This document shows, piece after piece, positions 8,981-17,765 of a stretch of 31,155 nucleotides of DNA. The notes under the pieces were generated by a model. That model was not told the origin of the DNA. It worked only from the letters and a program-made list of their open reading frames with translations, and made no database searches. The stretch is from a virus (Duplodnaviria > Heunggongvirae > Uroviricota > Caudoviricetes): positions 1 through 31,155 of IMG/VR virus record IMGVR_UViG_2548876865_000016, one strand, 5' to 3'. A program made the position numbers and the translations under genes. Position 1 is the first letter of the stretch; each line of letters starts with the position of its first letter.

Positions 8981-11073
8981 CCTGCGTTAAGCTCCTGCCA
9001 TTCAGCCAGCTGGGCCGGGGTGATTCCATTGGGGGCGTTGATGTAGGTGTCGCCCCACGATTTACGGTTATCCACAGCGGTTTTGCTGTCGGTTTTAACC
9101 TGACTCATCAGGCCGCCGCGTGGGATGTCTGCATTAATTCGGTTCCCCGTCAGCACGGACGGGCTGTTCAGCTTCGACGAACCTGCAGCACTGTCAGGAA
9201 CGACCGCGTTTGCCGGTGGCGAAACGGTTTTCAGGTCGATGTTGACGCCGGGGATCTTGTTTAACTTCTCAACAATCCAGTTATAGGTAGATGCAAAGGT
9301 ATTTTTGAGGACGTCGAAAAGTTTGCTGAATACCCCGCCGATGGTCTGTGCGAACCCTTCAAAGGTGGCGAGCGGGGAAAGACCGGCAAAGAAATCAACC
9401 ACCACGGCCCAGCCGTCAGTAATGGATTGCCAGACCTGCGCAAACACCTGGCCCACCTGTTCAGCGACTGACATCACCCAGGCAAAAGCCGCCGTATCCA
9501 TGATCGCTGCCGCCAGTTCTTCCCAGTGGGTGACGACATACCAGACCCCCACAGCCAGAAGCGCCAGTCCGGCAATAATCAGGGTGATCGGACTCATCAG
9601 GAATTGCATTGCAGCCCCGGCAAACATGGTCGCCGCACCGTAAACCCGCATGGCAATGGCCCCGGCCTTTAACGCGATATTCCATGCAGCAAGCGCGATG
9701 CGACAGACGCCCGTCCACAGCGCCAGCAATTTTGACTGGATCCATAATGCGGCCAGACCGATGCGCGTCGTCAGCAGGGACGGACGCAACAGGTTGAGCG
9801 TCCATAACAGGAGTTTCCATGCACCGCCCAGCACTTTTGCGATTGCGGCCAGCCCCATCATGGTGAAGCCAAAGCCCCCCATCACGATATTGACCGCCGC
9901 CCCGGCCAGCCCGAAGGACAGCACGCCCAGGGTGATGTAACCCAGCCAGCGGGCAATATTCGGGAACATATCCAGCCAGCGGGCAAATTTTGTCCCCACG
10001 TCGGCAATACGGTTCATCAGCGGTGACAGAATAGGGATCAGCGTGTTACCAATCGCCACGCGAATGGCAAAGAATGTCGCTTTGATACGCTCCCACGGCT
10101 CGGCCATTCGTGCGGCCATTTCCTGGGCGCGTTTCATCCCGTCGTTTCGGCCCAGCTCGGTGATACTGCGATTTAATTTATCCTGCTGGCCGTACAGCTT
10201 TTTGATAACGTCAGCACCGCCACCGAACGCGGCGTCCAGCGCCTGTTGTGCCTTGACGTTCCCTTCAATGCTCTGCCCGTATTTACTCTGGAGTTTTTGC
10301 AGAATGTCGCCCATCGGCAGCATTTTGCCGGTGGCATCGACAAAGCTCATACCCAGCTTTTCAGCGGCAGCCGGGGCGCTGCGTAAAAACTGCTCGTAGA
10401 TCCCGCTGGCCTCAGTACCCAGCGTGCGCGAAAGCGTACCCAGGACGGCGAACTGTTCATCCAGGCTGACGCCAAAGTCAGCACCGGCACTTTTCGTCCC
10501 CTCGATAAGCTCCTGCATGGTCTGCATTTTCACGCCGAAGTTTTGCACCATGTACGCGGTTTTCCCTGCCAGCTCTTCGGCAAAACGCACATGGCCCAGA
10601 CTGGACAACTCCGCGTTGAAACGTGACGCCATCGCGCCGATGTATTCGCCTGCCTCTTCGCCGCTGGCCTTGACGCCTGCCGCAAGGGTATTGGCCGCGA
10701 TGGTGACGCGGGGCAGGTCCAGATCGGACAGGCCCGCCATTGCACCTTTCATCGCGTAGCTTGACCGGACCACATCAACGGCCCCTTTGCCGTAGCGCAT
10801 ACTGAATCGCATAGCTTCGCCGGACAGACGCTTCAGCGCGTCCTCTGCCACGCCTTTGGAACCCACTTCTGCAAGTGCGGCGTTCATCTCATATGCCGGA
10901 CCCACCACGCCCGCGATGGACTGCGCCACGCCCCAGACAGCCGCCGCACCGATCCCGATTTTTGTAAAAGATGCCTGCGATTTTTCAGCAAAGCCGGACA
11001 GCGAAGACTGGGCCGTTTTTAATGGCCGCGTCAGCTTATCGATCAGGCTCAGGGTAAAATCCAGGTGGCTCAT
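8977..11073 (-). CDS. Tail tape measure protein
   Basis: 698 aa, Ala/Gly-rich with internal hydrophobic segments; directly downstream of the chaperone gene and its frameshift extension. Confidence 0.85.
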   Translation of the reverse strand: MSHLDFTLSLIDKLTRPLKTAQSSLSGFAEKSQASFTKIGIGAAAVWGVAQSIAGVVGPAYEMNAALAEVGSKGVAEDALKRLSGEAMRFSMRYGKGAVDVVRSSYAMKGAMAGLSDLDLPRVTIAANTLAAGVKASGEEAGEYIGAMASRFNAELSSLGHVRFAEELAGKTAYMVQNFGVKMQTMQELIEGTKSAGADFGVSLDEQFAVLGTLSRTLGTEASGIYEQFLRSAPAAAEKLGMSFVDATGKMLPMGDILQKLQSKYGQSIEGNVKAQQALDAAFGGGADVIKKLYGQQDKLNRSITELGRNDGMKRAQEMAARMAEPWERIKATFFAIRVAIGNTLIPILSPLMNRIADVGTKFARWLDMFPNIARWLGYITLGVLSFGLAGAAVNIVMGGFGFTMMGLAAIAKVLGGAWKLLLWTLNLLRPSLLTTRIGLAALWIQSKLLALWTGVCRIALAAWNIALKAGAIAMRVYGAATMFAGAAMQFLMSPITLIIAGLALLAVGVWYVVTHWEELAAAIMDTAAFAWVMSVAEQVGQVFAQVWQSITDGWAVVVDFFAGLSPLATFEGFAQTIGGVFSKLFDVLKNTFASTYNWIVEKLNKIPGVNIDLKTVSPPANAVVPDSAAGSSKLNSPSVLTGNRINADIPRGGLMSQVKTDSKTAVDNRKSWGDTYINAPNGITPAQLAEWQELNAG

Positions 11074-11074
11074 A

Positions 11075-11272
11075 TCAGTTTCCGTTAAATGCGATGGCTA
11101 TCCCTTCCGCCGTCTTGCTGGCGCGGGTCTGGGCAAAATACTCGTCCAGCCACAGGGCGCGGGCGATGCTTTCTTCGTCGTCGGCTTCGTGCGGGAGGTA
11201 GTAGCGGCGCAGGGCAAGGTATTGCTCAAGCGCATTCTTGCGAATGGCCGCCACCCGCGCCGTCAGTTTTTT
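11075..11272 (-). CDS. -1 frame extension of the tail assembly chaperone (E+E' / G-GT-like fusion segment); includes slippery heptamer A_AAA_AAC at 11266-11272
   Basis: Minus-strand reading GAA GTA AAA AAC TGA; after a -1 slip the frame stays open for 62 codons (LTARVAAIRKNALEQYL...AFNGN) and ends at TGA 11075-11077, 1 nt before the tape-measure ATG. Confidence 0.5.
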   Translation of the reverse strand, partial: KKLTARVAAIRKNALEQYLALRRYYLPHEADDEESIARALWLDEYFAQTRASKTAEGIAIAFNGN

Positions 11273-11532
11273 ACTTCGATCTCAAGTTTGGGGGAGTAAA
11301 TCTCGTTAACCTTCTCGACGATCTGCATTTCGCAACCCGGATAATCTTCCATCAGCTTGTTGAGCGACTCTTTACACTCGGCATCAACAATGCGGCCCAG
11401 ATACGTCACCATAGGGGCAACCTTATTGGTCATGGTCATTTCGTTAAGCAGGTTGTTAAACGCGGTTTTATTCGGCTCAAAGCTCAGATTTACGCCCGCC
11501 ACGGTCATGGCGATTTTTTTCGGTTTACTCAT
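11263..11532 (-). CDS. Tail assembly chaperone (gpE / lambda gpG-like), zero-frame product
   Basis: 89 aa immediately upstream of the tape measure gene; canonical slippery site at its last codons. Confidence 0.65.
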   Translation of the reverse strand: MSKPKKIAMTVAGVNLSFEPNKTAFNNLLNEMTMTNKVAPMVTYLGRIVDAECKESLNKLMEDYPGCEMQIVEKVNEIYSPKLEIEVKN

Positions 11533-11825
11533 TGTGCTAATTCCTTACGTTGTCGAATGATGCCCACCAAGGCGTTATGTCGGGCGGCGCAGTCGGTATA
11601 CATCTGCCGGTAGGCTGTCAGCGCCGCGTCAAAGTCATTTCCGGTCGGTCCGGCCAGACGTGGCAGCGTGACCGGGCAAAGTGTCAGCTGGTTTTCCTGA
11701 TAATTCTCGTTCGGCTTGATCTGCACTTTCGTTGAACAACCGGACGTAATCATCAGAAGCGCAAACGTTGCTAAAAACCGGCTTAATGATTTCTGTGCGA
11801 ATAACCCGTTCCGTGTGCCTTTCAT
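11529..11825 (-). CDS. o-spanin (Rz1 / LysC-like outer-membrane lipoprotein)
   Basis: 98 aa; signal peptide with lipobox-like ...LLMITSG|C; Pro-containing mature part; starts out of frame inside the i-spanin gene and extends past it (overlapped-spanin architecture). Confidence 0.5.
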   Translation of the reverse strand: MKGTRNGLFAQKSLSRFLATFALLMITSGCSTKVQIKPNENYQENQLTLCPVTLPRLAGPTGNDFDAALTAYRQMYTDCAARHNALVGIIRQRKELAQ

Positions 11826-12018
11826 TGGCTTTTAGCCCCGCGAGTTTTGCTTCCAGCGCTTCGCCAGACTGTTGCGTCACTTCAACGACAATCTGGCGTG
11901 TTTGTTCTGCCGCTTCACTGGCAGCGAGTTGCAGCTTTGCGTCGTGCCAGTCATGCGCCTGCCAGCCCGCTGACATTGCAGCGACCAGAATCAGCAAAAG
12001 ACCCAGCAAATTGCGCAT
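11635..12018 (-). CDS. i-spanin (Rz / LysB-like)
   Basis: 127 aa; N-terminal transmembrane segment (LLGLLLILVAAMSAGW) followed by charged helical region; downstream of endolysin. Confidence 0.55.
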   Translation of the reverse strand: MRNLLGLLLILVAAMSAGWQAHDWHDAKLQLAASEAAEQTRQIVVEVTQQSGEALEAKLAGLKANERHTERVIRTEIIKPVFSNVCASDDYVRLFNESADQAERELSGKPADTLPGHAATSGRTDRK

Positions 12019-12356
12019 CAGCGAACCCCGTTATGCTCAAGACTGAAATGGTTCCCGTCCGGCTTACTGAAACGGCCACCCCACGATCCGCCGATAGATT
12101 CCCAGTATTCGCCCAGTGGGCGATATGCGGCGCTGTCGGTCTGGTAATCGCCGTTAATAAACAGGTTAAAATCCACCGCCAGGCGCTGGTTATGCAGGCT
12201 GTTAGTAATGCCGCTCCCTTTTTTTGCGTTAAGCGCGGCCTGTTCCGGCGTGCGGTACGCTTCGCCAAACGTCAGCCGATAACCCTTTTCTTCGGCAAAA
12301 TGAATCAGGTTGGCGATCATCACCGTGAAAAGTTGCTGTTTTTCACTCAGTTTCAT
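12018..12356 (-). CDS. Endolysin, peptidase M15 family (L-alanyl-D-glutamate peptidase type)
   Basis: 112 aa; Zn-binding-like H..D (SLHNQRLAVD) and distal His (DGNHF) typical of M15/VanX-like phage endolysins; flanked by holin and spanins. Confidence 0.75.
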   Translation of the reverse strand: MKLSEKQQLFTVMIANLIHFAEEKGYRLTFGEAYRTPEQAALNAKKGSGITNSLHNQRLAVDFNLFINGDYQTDSAAYRPLGEYWESIGGSWGGRFSKPDGNHFSLEHNGVR

Positions 12357-12654
12357 TGCGCTTGCTCCCCCATCGCTTGATATACATATCCAGGCAGCGC
12401 TTTAACCCGGCCTCAATAAACGCGCTTCCCAGAATGCCCAGGGCGCAGGCCAGCCCAATGACGACCAGTTCCGGCATATCGGGGAATTTCAGCAGCGGGA
12501 TTGCGGCCAGCGGTGCGACCGCAGATCCCAGAATCATCCGCCCGACCAGCAGGCGGGTTGTGATTCGCTCATTGCTGACCATCAGTTGCCCCAGGCCAAT
12601 CACGGCCCCGATAAGCAACAGCTTTTCAAGCAGTGACGTTTCTCCGTTCATCAT
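12343..12654 (-). CDS. Holin
   Basis: 103 aa with three hydrophobic segments and a charged C-terminus (KRWGSKRNETE); immediately upstream of the endolysin. Confidence 0.55.
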   Translation of the reverse strand: MMNGETSLLEKLLLIGAVIGLGQLMVSNERITTRLLVGRMILGSAVAPLAAIPLLKFPDMPELVVIGLACALGILGSAFIEAGLKRCLDMYIKRWGSKRNETE

Positions 12655-12658
12655 CGTG

Positions 12659-13114
12659 TCAGCCTTTCAAATCGCGAGTGTCGCGGGCTGACAGGTACGG
12701 CACGCCGTCAATCGCGACAAAGTCCGGGCTTGTCACCATGAATTTAATTTTCTTCGTGGTTTTGCTGGCCTCGTTGGGGTTGATGTTGACGATGTCGGAC
12801 AGCGTCGGAACGCAGCCAAACACCTCGATTTTTTCTTCGTCGTCCCCGGCGTTGGCGTAGAACAAAAAGTCCTTTGCCGGAATGGATCGCCAGGAACCTG
12901 CGGCACGGGCCACGGCGGTAAACTTTTTAAAGTTCAGGGAGTCGACTTCGACTTCCACATCCGCTGAAACTGACCCTTTCGTGTGGCCGTTCGGGATGCC
13001 ACGCGACTGCGCAACGGCGCTGTTATCCGTAATGGTGACGGTGGCGTTTTCGACGTGAATCATGATGCTGTCGTAGTTCACATCGAACGATCCACCGCTG
13101 ATACGTTCAGTCAT
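12659..13114 (-). CDS. Putative tail tube protein
   Basis: 151 aa, directly downstream of the putative sheath gene; size and position typical of a contractile-tail tube subunit. Confidence 0.5.
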   Translation of the reverse strand: MTERISGGSFDVNYDSIMIHVENATVTITDNSAVAQSRGIPNGHTKGSVSADVEVEVDSLNFKKFTAVARAAGSWRSIPAKDFLFYANAGDDEEKIEVFGCVPTLSDIVNINPNEASKTTKKIKFMVTSPDFVAIDGVPYLSARDTRDLKG

Positions 13115-13117
13115 TGA

Positions 13118-14260
13118 TTAGCTCTCCAGTGAGGTGTCCAGTTCGATGCTGACGCTGATTTCTTTCGCGCTCTCATACGGTCGAACCACAAGGTAAATCT
13201 GCACCGCTTCGCTACTGGTCCAGGTGATGGTGATGTCGCCGTCCTTTGGTGGCTTCACTTCGCCCGGAAATTCGACGCCATTGATCTGGGTTGAAATCGC
13301 CATTTCGCGCAGCGGCTTGCCGAAATAGGTTTCATGCGCGGCGATGCTGCCCGGTGTGCTGTTCAGTGAACGATCGGCAATTTTTGGGATTGCACGCAGA
13401 CGGACGCGGCGGGAGGCTTTATCAACCACGCGCACGTTTTCAATCACCTGATAATCACCGCCTTCAACGTCCAGGGTGCGACCGTCAGCCCAGTAGATGC
13501 CGTCATAATCGTGATACCACATCGGCACGCTGTAGCGGTTCGCCTGCAAGGACTGCAACACGGCCAGATCAATTTCGGCCCCCGTCCCGTCGACCGGCAG
13601 GCCGTCGCTCCCCAGCGCGGTGACTGCGCCGGTTGCGACGCGGGCGGGGCTGTCTGCCACCGTCACCGAACGGTTACACAGGCGACCGACCAGGACGCCG
13701 GGTTCGTTACCCCACAGACGCGGGACCAGTTGCACTCCAGGCGATGCAATACCGTCCTGGAGTTCAGCCAGGCGCGTCACATAGTCGCTCCACGCTTCGT
13801 CCTTTTCCGGCCCGCCCACAGCAAGGGCAAACCAGATAAAACGCCCAAAACTGGCCTGTAAGGTGACGCGCATTTCCGTTGCGCGGTTAATGGTGGCTGC
13901 GTCGGCGGTATCAAATGCCAGGACAACCCCTTCCACGGATGCCACGCTCTGGGCCTGTTTGACCGCGTTCATCCAGTCTTCGTCTGGTTTGTAGCCCTCG
14001 GCTCCCTTGTCTGGCTCTGCCAGCACATGCACGTAAGCAAACCAGTTCTGACCGGCGTTATTGGCTGCTGCGGCCACCATATTTTTTAACGGGCTGTCTT
14101 TGTCGCCCAGAGCTTTAACCAGATCGCTGCCGGTATTAAGCGACTGGGTTTTCCCGATGTTAGTGTCGCCGTAACCCACAAAGAGGATGACGCGCTCGAC
14201 GTCGTTCGTTGTGCCGTTGAAGCGGTTTTTCTGACTGACGTTGACTGTAGGCCAGGTCAT
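13118..14260 (-). CDS. Putative tail sheath protein
   Basis: 380 aa; sits between the tail-completion genes and the tube gene; size comparable to P2 FI. Assignment is positional. Confidence 0.5.
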   Translation of the reverse strand: MTWPTVNVSQKNRFNGTTNDVERVILFVGYGDTNIGKTQSLNTGSDLVKALGDKDSPLKNMVAAAANNAGQNWFAYVHVLAEPDKGAEGYKPDEDWMNAVKQAQSVASVEGVVLAFDTADAATINRATEMRVTLQASFGRFIWFALAVGGPEKDEAWSDYVTRLAELQDGIASPGVQLVPRLWGNEPGVLVGRLCNRSVTVADSPARVATGAVTALGSDGLPVDGTGAEIDLAVLQSLQANRYSVPMWYHDYDGIYWADGRTLDVEGGDYQVIENVRVVDKASRRVRLRAIPKIADRSLNSTPGSIAAHETYFGKPLREMAISTQINGVEFPGEVKPPKDGDITITWTSSEAVQIYLVVRPYESAKEISVSIELDTSLES

Positions 14261-14262
14261 TT

Positions 14263-14958
14263 TTACCCCCTGATTTGCTGCGCGTTGACGTCCCAGCCGA
14301 AGCCGATTGCCTGCATTTGCCGCGCAATAATTTGGTTAAATTCGTCGTTGCTCACCCCCAGAAAAACGCGACCAGGAATATCAATAGTCCATGTGCGTTT
14401 TGATGGTGTGCCTTTCAGTTTTCGAATCAATAATCCCGCCTGGGCCATGCTCATGGTTTCCATGATTTGCCTGCTGGACGGCTTAACCCAGCGCTTGCCC
14501 TTGCGGGTTTTGTAGCCAAGCGCCCGCAGGCGCTTGGCCTGTCGCGGTAGCGCGGGCTGGTCAGCCTGCGGCTTGCGCGGGGCGTTACTGGCTTTCATCT
14601 GGATCCGTGCGCCGTCCTGCTGGACCGCACCGACCAGACCCGCCGCAATGGGCTTCGTCCCGTTCCGGTAGTTCCCGCCCTTGAGGTAAATCCGTACCCC
14701 CTGAATCTCCGGCATTTCACGCACGGCCAGCAGCCTGGGCAGCCCTTTTAACATCTTCCCTTTGCCACGCTTGCGCGGCTCCCACGGTGTGCCGTCCGCG
14801 GCCGCCTGCTGGCGCTGGTGACGTTTTGCCGCTGCAACAATGCCCAGCTTTGCAATACGCCATAAAAGGCGCTGGCGCTTACGTGGGGGAAGGTCAGCCT
14901 TTGCCAGTGTTTCCCGCATTTGCTTTAGCTGTTGCTGGTTCAGCTCCCCACGGATCAC
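14263..14958 (-). CDS. Virion morphogenesis / tail completion protein (gpS-like)
   Basis: 231 aa, basic; overlaps neighbours; position after the head-completion gene. Confidence 0.45.
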   Translation of the reverse strand: MIRGELNQQQLKQMRETLAKADLPPRKRQRLLWRIAKLGIVAAAKRHQRQQAAADGTPWEPRKRGKGKMLKGLPRLLAVREMPEIQGVRIYLKGGNYRNGTKPIAAGLVGAVQQDGARIQMKASNAPRKPQADQPALPRQAKRLRALGYKTRKGKRWVKPSSRQIMETMSMAQAGLLIRKLKGTPSKRTWTIDIPGRVFLGVSNDEFNQIIARQMQAIGFGWDVNAQQIRG

Positions 14959-15431
14959 GACGCGTCACCACGCTGGACAATAAATTCCAGTTGCGACGCC
15001 TCCCAGATTTCGGGGTCCACGATTTCCCAGCGCTTGCCTTTGTAGGGGATCGGGCCGTTTTCCGCTTCACGCAGGACCAGCGGATCAACCAGCGGGACAA
15101 CCACATCCAGAATGCATGACCCTTCGTCGTCAAACTCCGGGTCCACGGTGGGATCCCCCAGCCTCAGCTCGTCGCGCAGCTCGTTGGCGAACTCATCCAC
15201 CCAGGCCAGCACCAGGGCATAAATCAGCCCCGGCGAATACTTGCGAAACGGGAAGTTATCCCACGACAAACGGGCGGTGTAAGTCAGCACCCCGATCCGG
15301 CGCTGGTTGTTTCCCATCGCTTTGGCGTTGCGTGCCAGCTCGCAATCTTCCATCGCGCTGGAAAACATCTGCATGGCATCAGGCGGCAGATTTGCCGTAA
15401 TAAACGCCGTCAGGCTTTCAAGCTGGCTCAT
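14955..15431 (-). CDS. Tail completion protein (gpR-like)
   Basis: 158 aa (P2 gpR ~155 aa); between gpL-like and gpS-like genes; overlapping stop/start codons. Confidence 0.4.
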   Translation of the reverse strand: MSQLESLTAFITANLPPDAMQMFSSAMEDCELARNAKAMGNNQRRIGVLTYTARLSWDNFPFRKYSPGLIYALVLAWVDEFANELRDELRLGDPTVDPEFDDEGSCILDVVVPLVDPLVLREAENGPIPYKGKRWEIVDPEIWEASQLEFIVQRGDAS

Positions 15432-15961
15432 ATCAGATGCACCCCCACGCGTGGTTGTCGCAGCATGTTTCGCATCACGTTGGCCGCCTCGGCCAGCAGG
15501 CTGGCGCGGGTGTCCTGGCTTTCCTGCCCCGGATGCGATTCACGCCGCCCGATGGTGGCGAATTCCCCCAGTAAATCGGCCTTTGCGCGGGCGTAGACCG
15601 CTTTTTTGTACTGGGCTGTTAACTGGGTTTCGTCGCCCATCTTTGCACCCGGTACATCTGCGGCCCGCTCGCAGGCTTTCGCGTTCCAGTACGTCACCAC
15701 GTCGGCCAGCGCGTCGTTTACCTCCGCAATAGCGGCCAGCAGGGCCACGCCTGCGGTTTCTGGCGGCAGGTCAGCGGGCAACGTGCGCACCTTCTGAAAC
15801 TCCGCCAGATCGAGATCGGGCCAGAACGCCACGCCGTTGGTGATCACTGTTGGCGTCACCGTCACCGGCTTGCCGCTGACACTGAAACTTGGGCCACTCA
15901 TTGGCGTACCTCGGTTTTGCAATAGAAACGGGCTAACGGGTTCCACGGCCAACAACCGCAT
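15428..15961 (-). CDS. L: Head completion/stabilisation protein (gpL-like); alternative ATG start at 15901
   Basis: 177 aa; follows the terminase small-subunit gene as in P2 (O-N-M-L). Confidence 0.65.
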   Translation of the reverse strand: MRLLAVEPVSPFLLQNRGTPMSGPSFSVSGKPVTVTPTVITNGVAFWPDLDLAEFQKVRTLPADLPPETAGVALLAAIAEVNDALADVVTYWNAKACERAADVPGAKMGDETQLTAQYKKAVYARAKADLLGEFATIGRRESHPGQESQDTRASLLAEAANVMRNMLRQPRVGVHLI

Positions 15962-16003
15962 GGTTGATGCCTCCCCCGCGCCCGTCCCGGCTTGCGGGAG
16001 TCG

Positions 16004-16702
16004 TTAAAGCTGGGTCAGGCCGTTAATCCGGGCGCGGATTTTTTCGCGCATGGTCTTAACTCCGGCGTTTTTGTTGTACGCCGCCGCCTGGGCCAGCAGG
16101 GCGTCGGCCTGCTCCAGCGTGTTCACATCATCCACGGCAGTGGCTCGCGGCTGCCCCTTCTCGTCGCGCAGCAGGTAAAGACCGGCGAATTTGAACCACT
16201 TCGCGTTAATGTCTTCGTGCAACCGCCACTTTTCGCGGATGTTTTCAAACGTGCGGCTGAAATAGGGTTCAATGCTGTGACCGGCTTCCGCCTGCATGAT
16301 CGACCACTCCAGCACCGTGTCGGCCACAAAGGCGGGCAGGTTGCTTTTGAAGTTCTCCGGCGTGGCCTGGCTTTCACTGATAGCCACGTCAGCCCAGTCC
16401 AGCGCCTTGCCCATTTCCCCTGTATCGAACAACCAGATCACGCAGTAAACCAGGGCCGGATTGGCAAAGCGGGCATCACCGGCGAGGTATGCTTCAACGG
16501 TCGGCATCCAGCGCGGCAAAAGGACATCACGTTTCAGTTCGATGCGGTCTTCCGTGCGCTGTACGCTGCGAAGCATTGCGACATCTTTTTCCAGTTCCAG
16601 CTTTTGCAGGTGGAAGCTGACCGGCGACGCGGTCAGTGCTTCGCGGTTATCCAGCGCCTTTGCGGCTTTCATGCGTGCTCGGTGTCGTTGACACAGGGTC
16701 AT
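16004..16702 (-). CDS. M: Terminase small (endonuclease) subunit, gpM-like
   Basis: 232 aa; position after the major capsid gene; P2 gene order O-N-M-L. Confidence 0.7.
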   Translation of the reverse strand: MTLCQRHRARMKAAKALDNREALTASPVSFHLQKLELEKDVAMLRSVQRTEDRIELKRDVLLPRWMPTVEAYLAGDARFANPALVYCVIWLFDTGEMGKALDWADVAISESQATPENFKSNLPAFVADTVLEWSIMQAEAGHSIEPYFSRTFENIREKWRLHEDINAKWFKFAGLYLLRDEKGQPRATAVDDVNTLEQADALLAQAAAYNKNAGVKTMREKIRARINGLTQL

Positions 16703-16710
16703 AGCTATTT

Positions 16711-17742
16711 TTACGCGCCTCCCTCCGGTGCTACCGGATCGGCTGCGAGGGTGATTTTGTCGAACGCTGCATACAGTTCGTCATGCTCGACGGCGTAACC
16801 TTCCATACGCAAATAGTTGTTTTCAAACTGCTTGCGATCGTCGCTCCAGTCGGCTTTACGCTTACGGGTTCCCGACTGCGTATAAATATGCAGGTTGCTC
16901 AGGGTGGTAATGATGAGGCGACCCTCTGGCATAAATGGCGGGGTGTACACCTGTTTGCCTGCGATCTGGCGGTTCATCAGCTGCGCCGCGACTTTTTCGG
17001 TTGGACGGTCAACCATATTCATCATGGTTGTGGCGTCCTTCCCAATCAGGTCACCGGAAATCAAAACGCAGAGGTTCGGGTCATTGCGGTAATGCTCCAG
17101 AATGCAGGTATGCAGCAGGTCAGTGACTGCCGCATCCAGCGACACATAATCCGCACCAGCACCGCCCAGCGTGACCGTATCGGTGATGATTTGGGCAGGC
17201 GTACGCGTTTTGACGATCTGGTGCCAGCCGATGTTAACGTCTTCGCCATTTGGGTTTTCTTCTGGTTTGGTAGTCTCGGCAACACTCACGCCGTTAAACG
17301 CCACGCGCAGCATATCCAGCGCAAATTGCTCATTGCTGAATGCCTGAATCAGCTGGAAGAATTCATCTTCACTGCCGGAGTTTGCCCAGTTGGTCAGGGT
17401 GTCATAGTCCAGGAATGAACCGGAATCCGTTTCCGCGAGAGCGTAAGTATTACCGCTGACGCCCAAGGATCGGGAAAAACGGCCGCCTTTTGTACGCCCG
17501 GTATAAATACCTGGCTTGCCGGTACTGATAACCTGGCCGGTGGTCTGCTGGACGTCTTTCACATTGACCAGGCGCAGGAATTCGGAAGACTCCAGCAGCG
17601 CCTGGCGCAGCATGGTTTCTTTCGGCGGCGTGATAGCAAACATCTTTGAGGTGTCGCGCACGCCATAAGATTTAGCCAGGGCTGCGGTAAAACTTTGCAG
17701 CATTCCCTCGGCCTGGGCAGATAGTTGTTGCGTATGATGCAT
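16711..17742 (-). CDS. N: Major capsid protein (gpN-like)
   Basis: 343 aa; P2-capsid-like size and position between scaffold and terminase small subunit. Confidence 0.85.
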   Translation of the reverse strand: MHHTQQLSAQAEGMLQSFTAALAKSYGVRDTSKMFAITPPKETMLRQALLESSEFLRLVNVKDVQQTTGQVISTGKPGIYTGRTKGGRFSRSLGVSGNTYALAETDSGSFLDYDTLTNWANSGSEDEFFQLIQAFSNEQFALDMLRVAFNGVSVAETTKPEENPNGEDVNIGWHQIVKTRTPAQIITDTVTLGGAGADYVSLDAAVTDLLHTCILEHYRNDPNLCVLISGDLIGKDATTMMNMVDRPTEKVAAQLMNRQIAGKQVYTPPFMPEGRLIITTLSNLHIYTQSGTRKRKADWSDDRKQFENNYLRMEGYAVEHDELYAAFDKITLAADPVAPEGGA

Positions 17743-17765
17743 TTTATTTTCCTTAAAACAGGCGC

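Noticed and set aside
9305-11613. Many plus-strand ORFs (e.g. 9305..9643, 9650..9940, 10043..10399, 10424..10759, 10856..11299, 11089..11613) opposite the tape measure and chaperone genes
   Set aside because: Antisense shadow ORFs inside a long, well-supported minus-strand gene; Pro/Ala/Arg/Ser-rich low-complexity translations typical of the reverse frame of GC-rich coding DNA.
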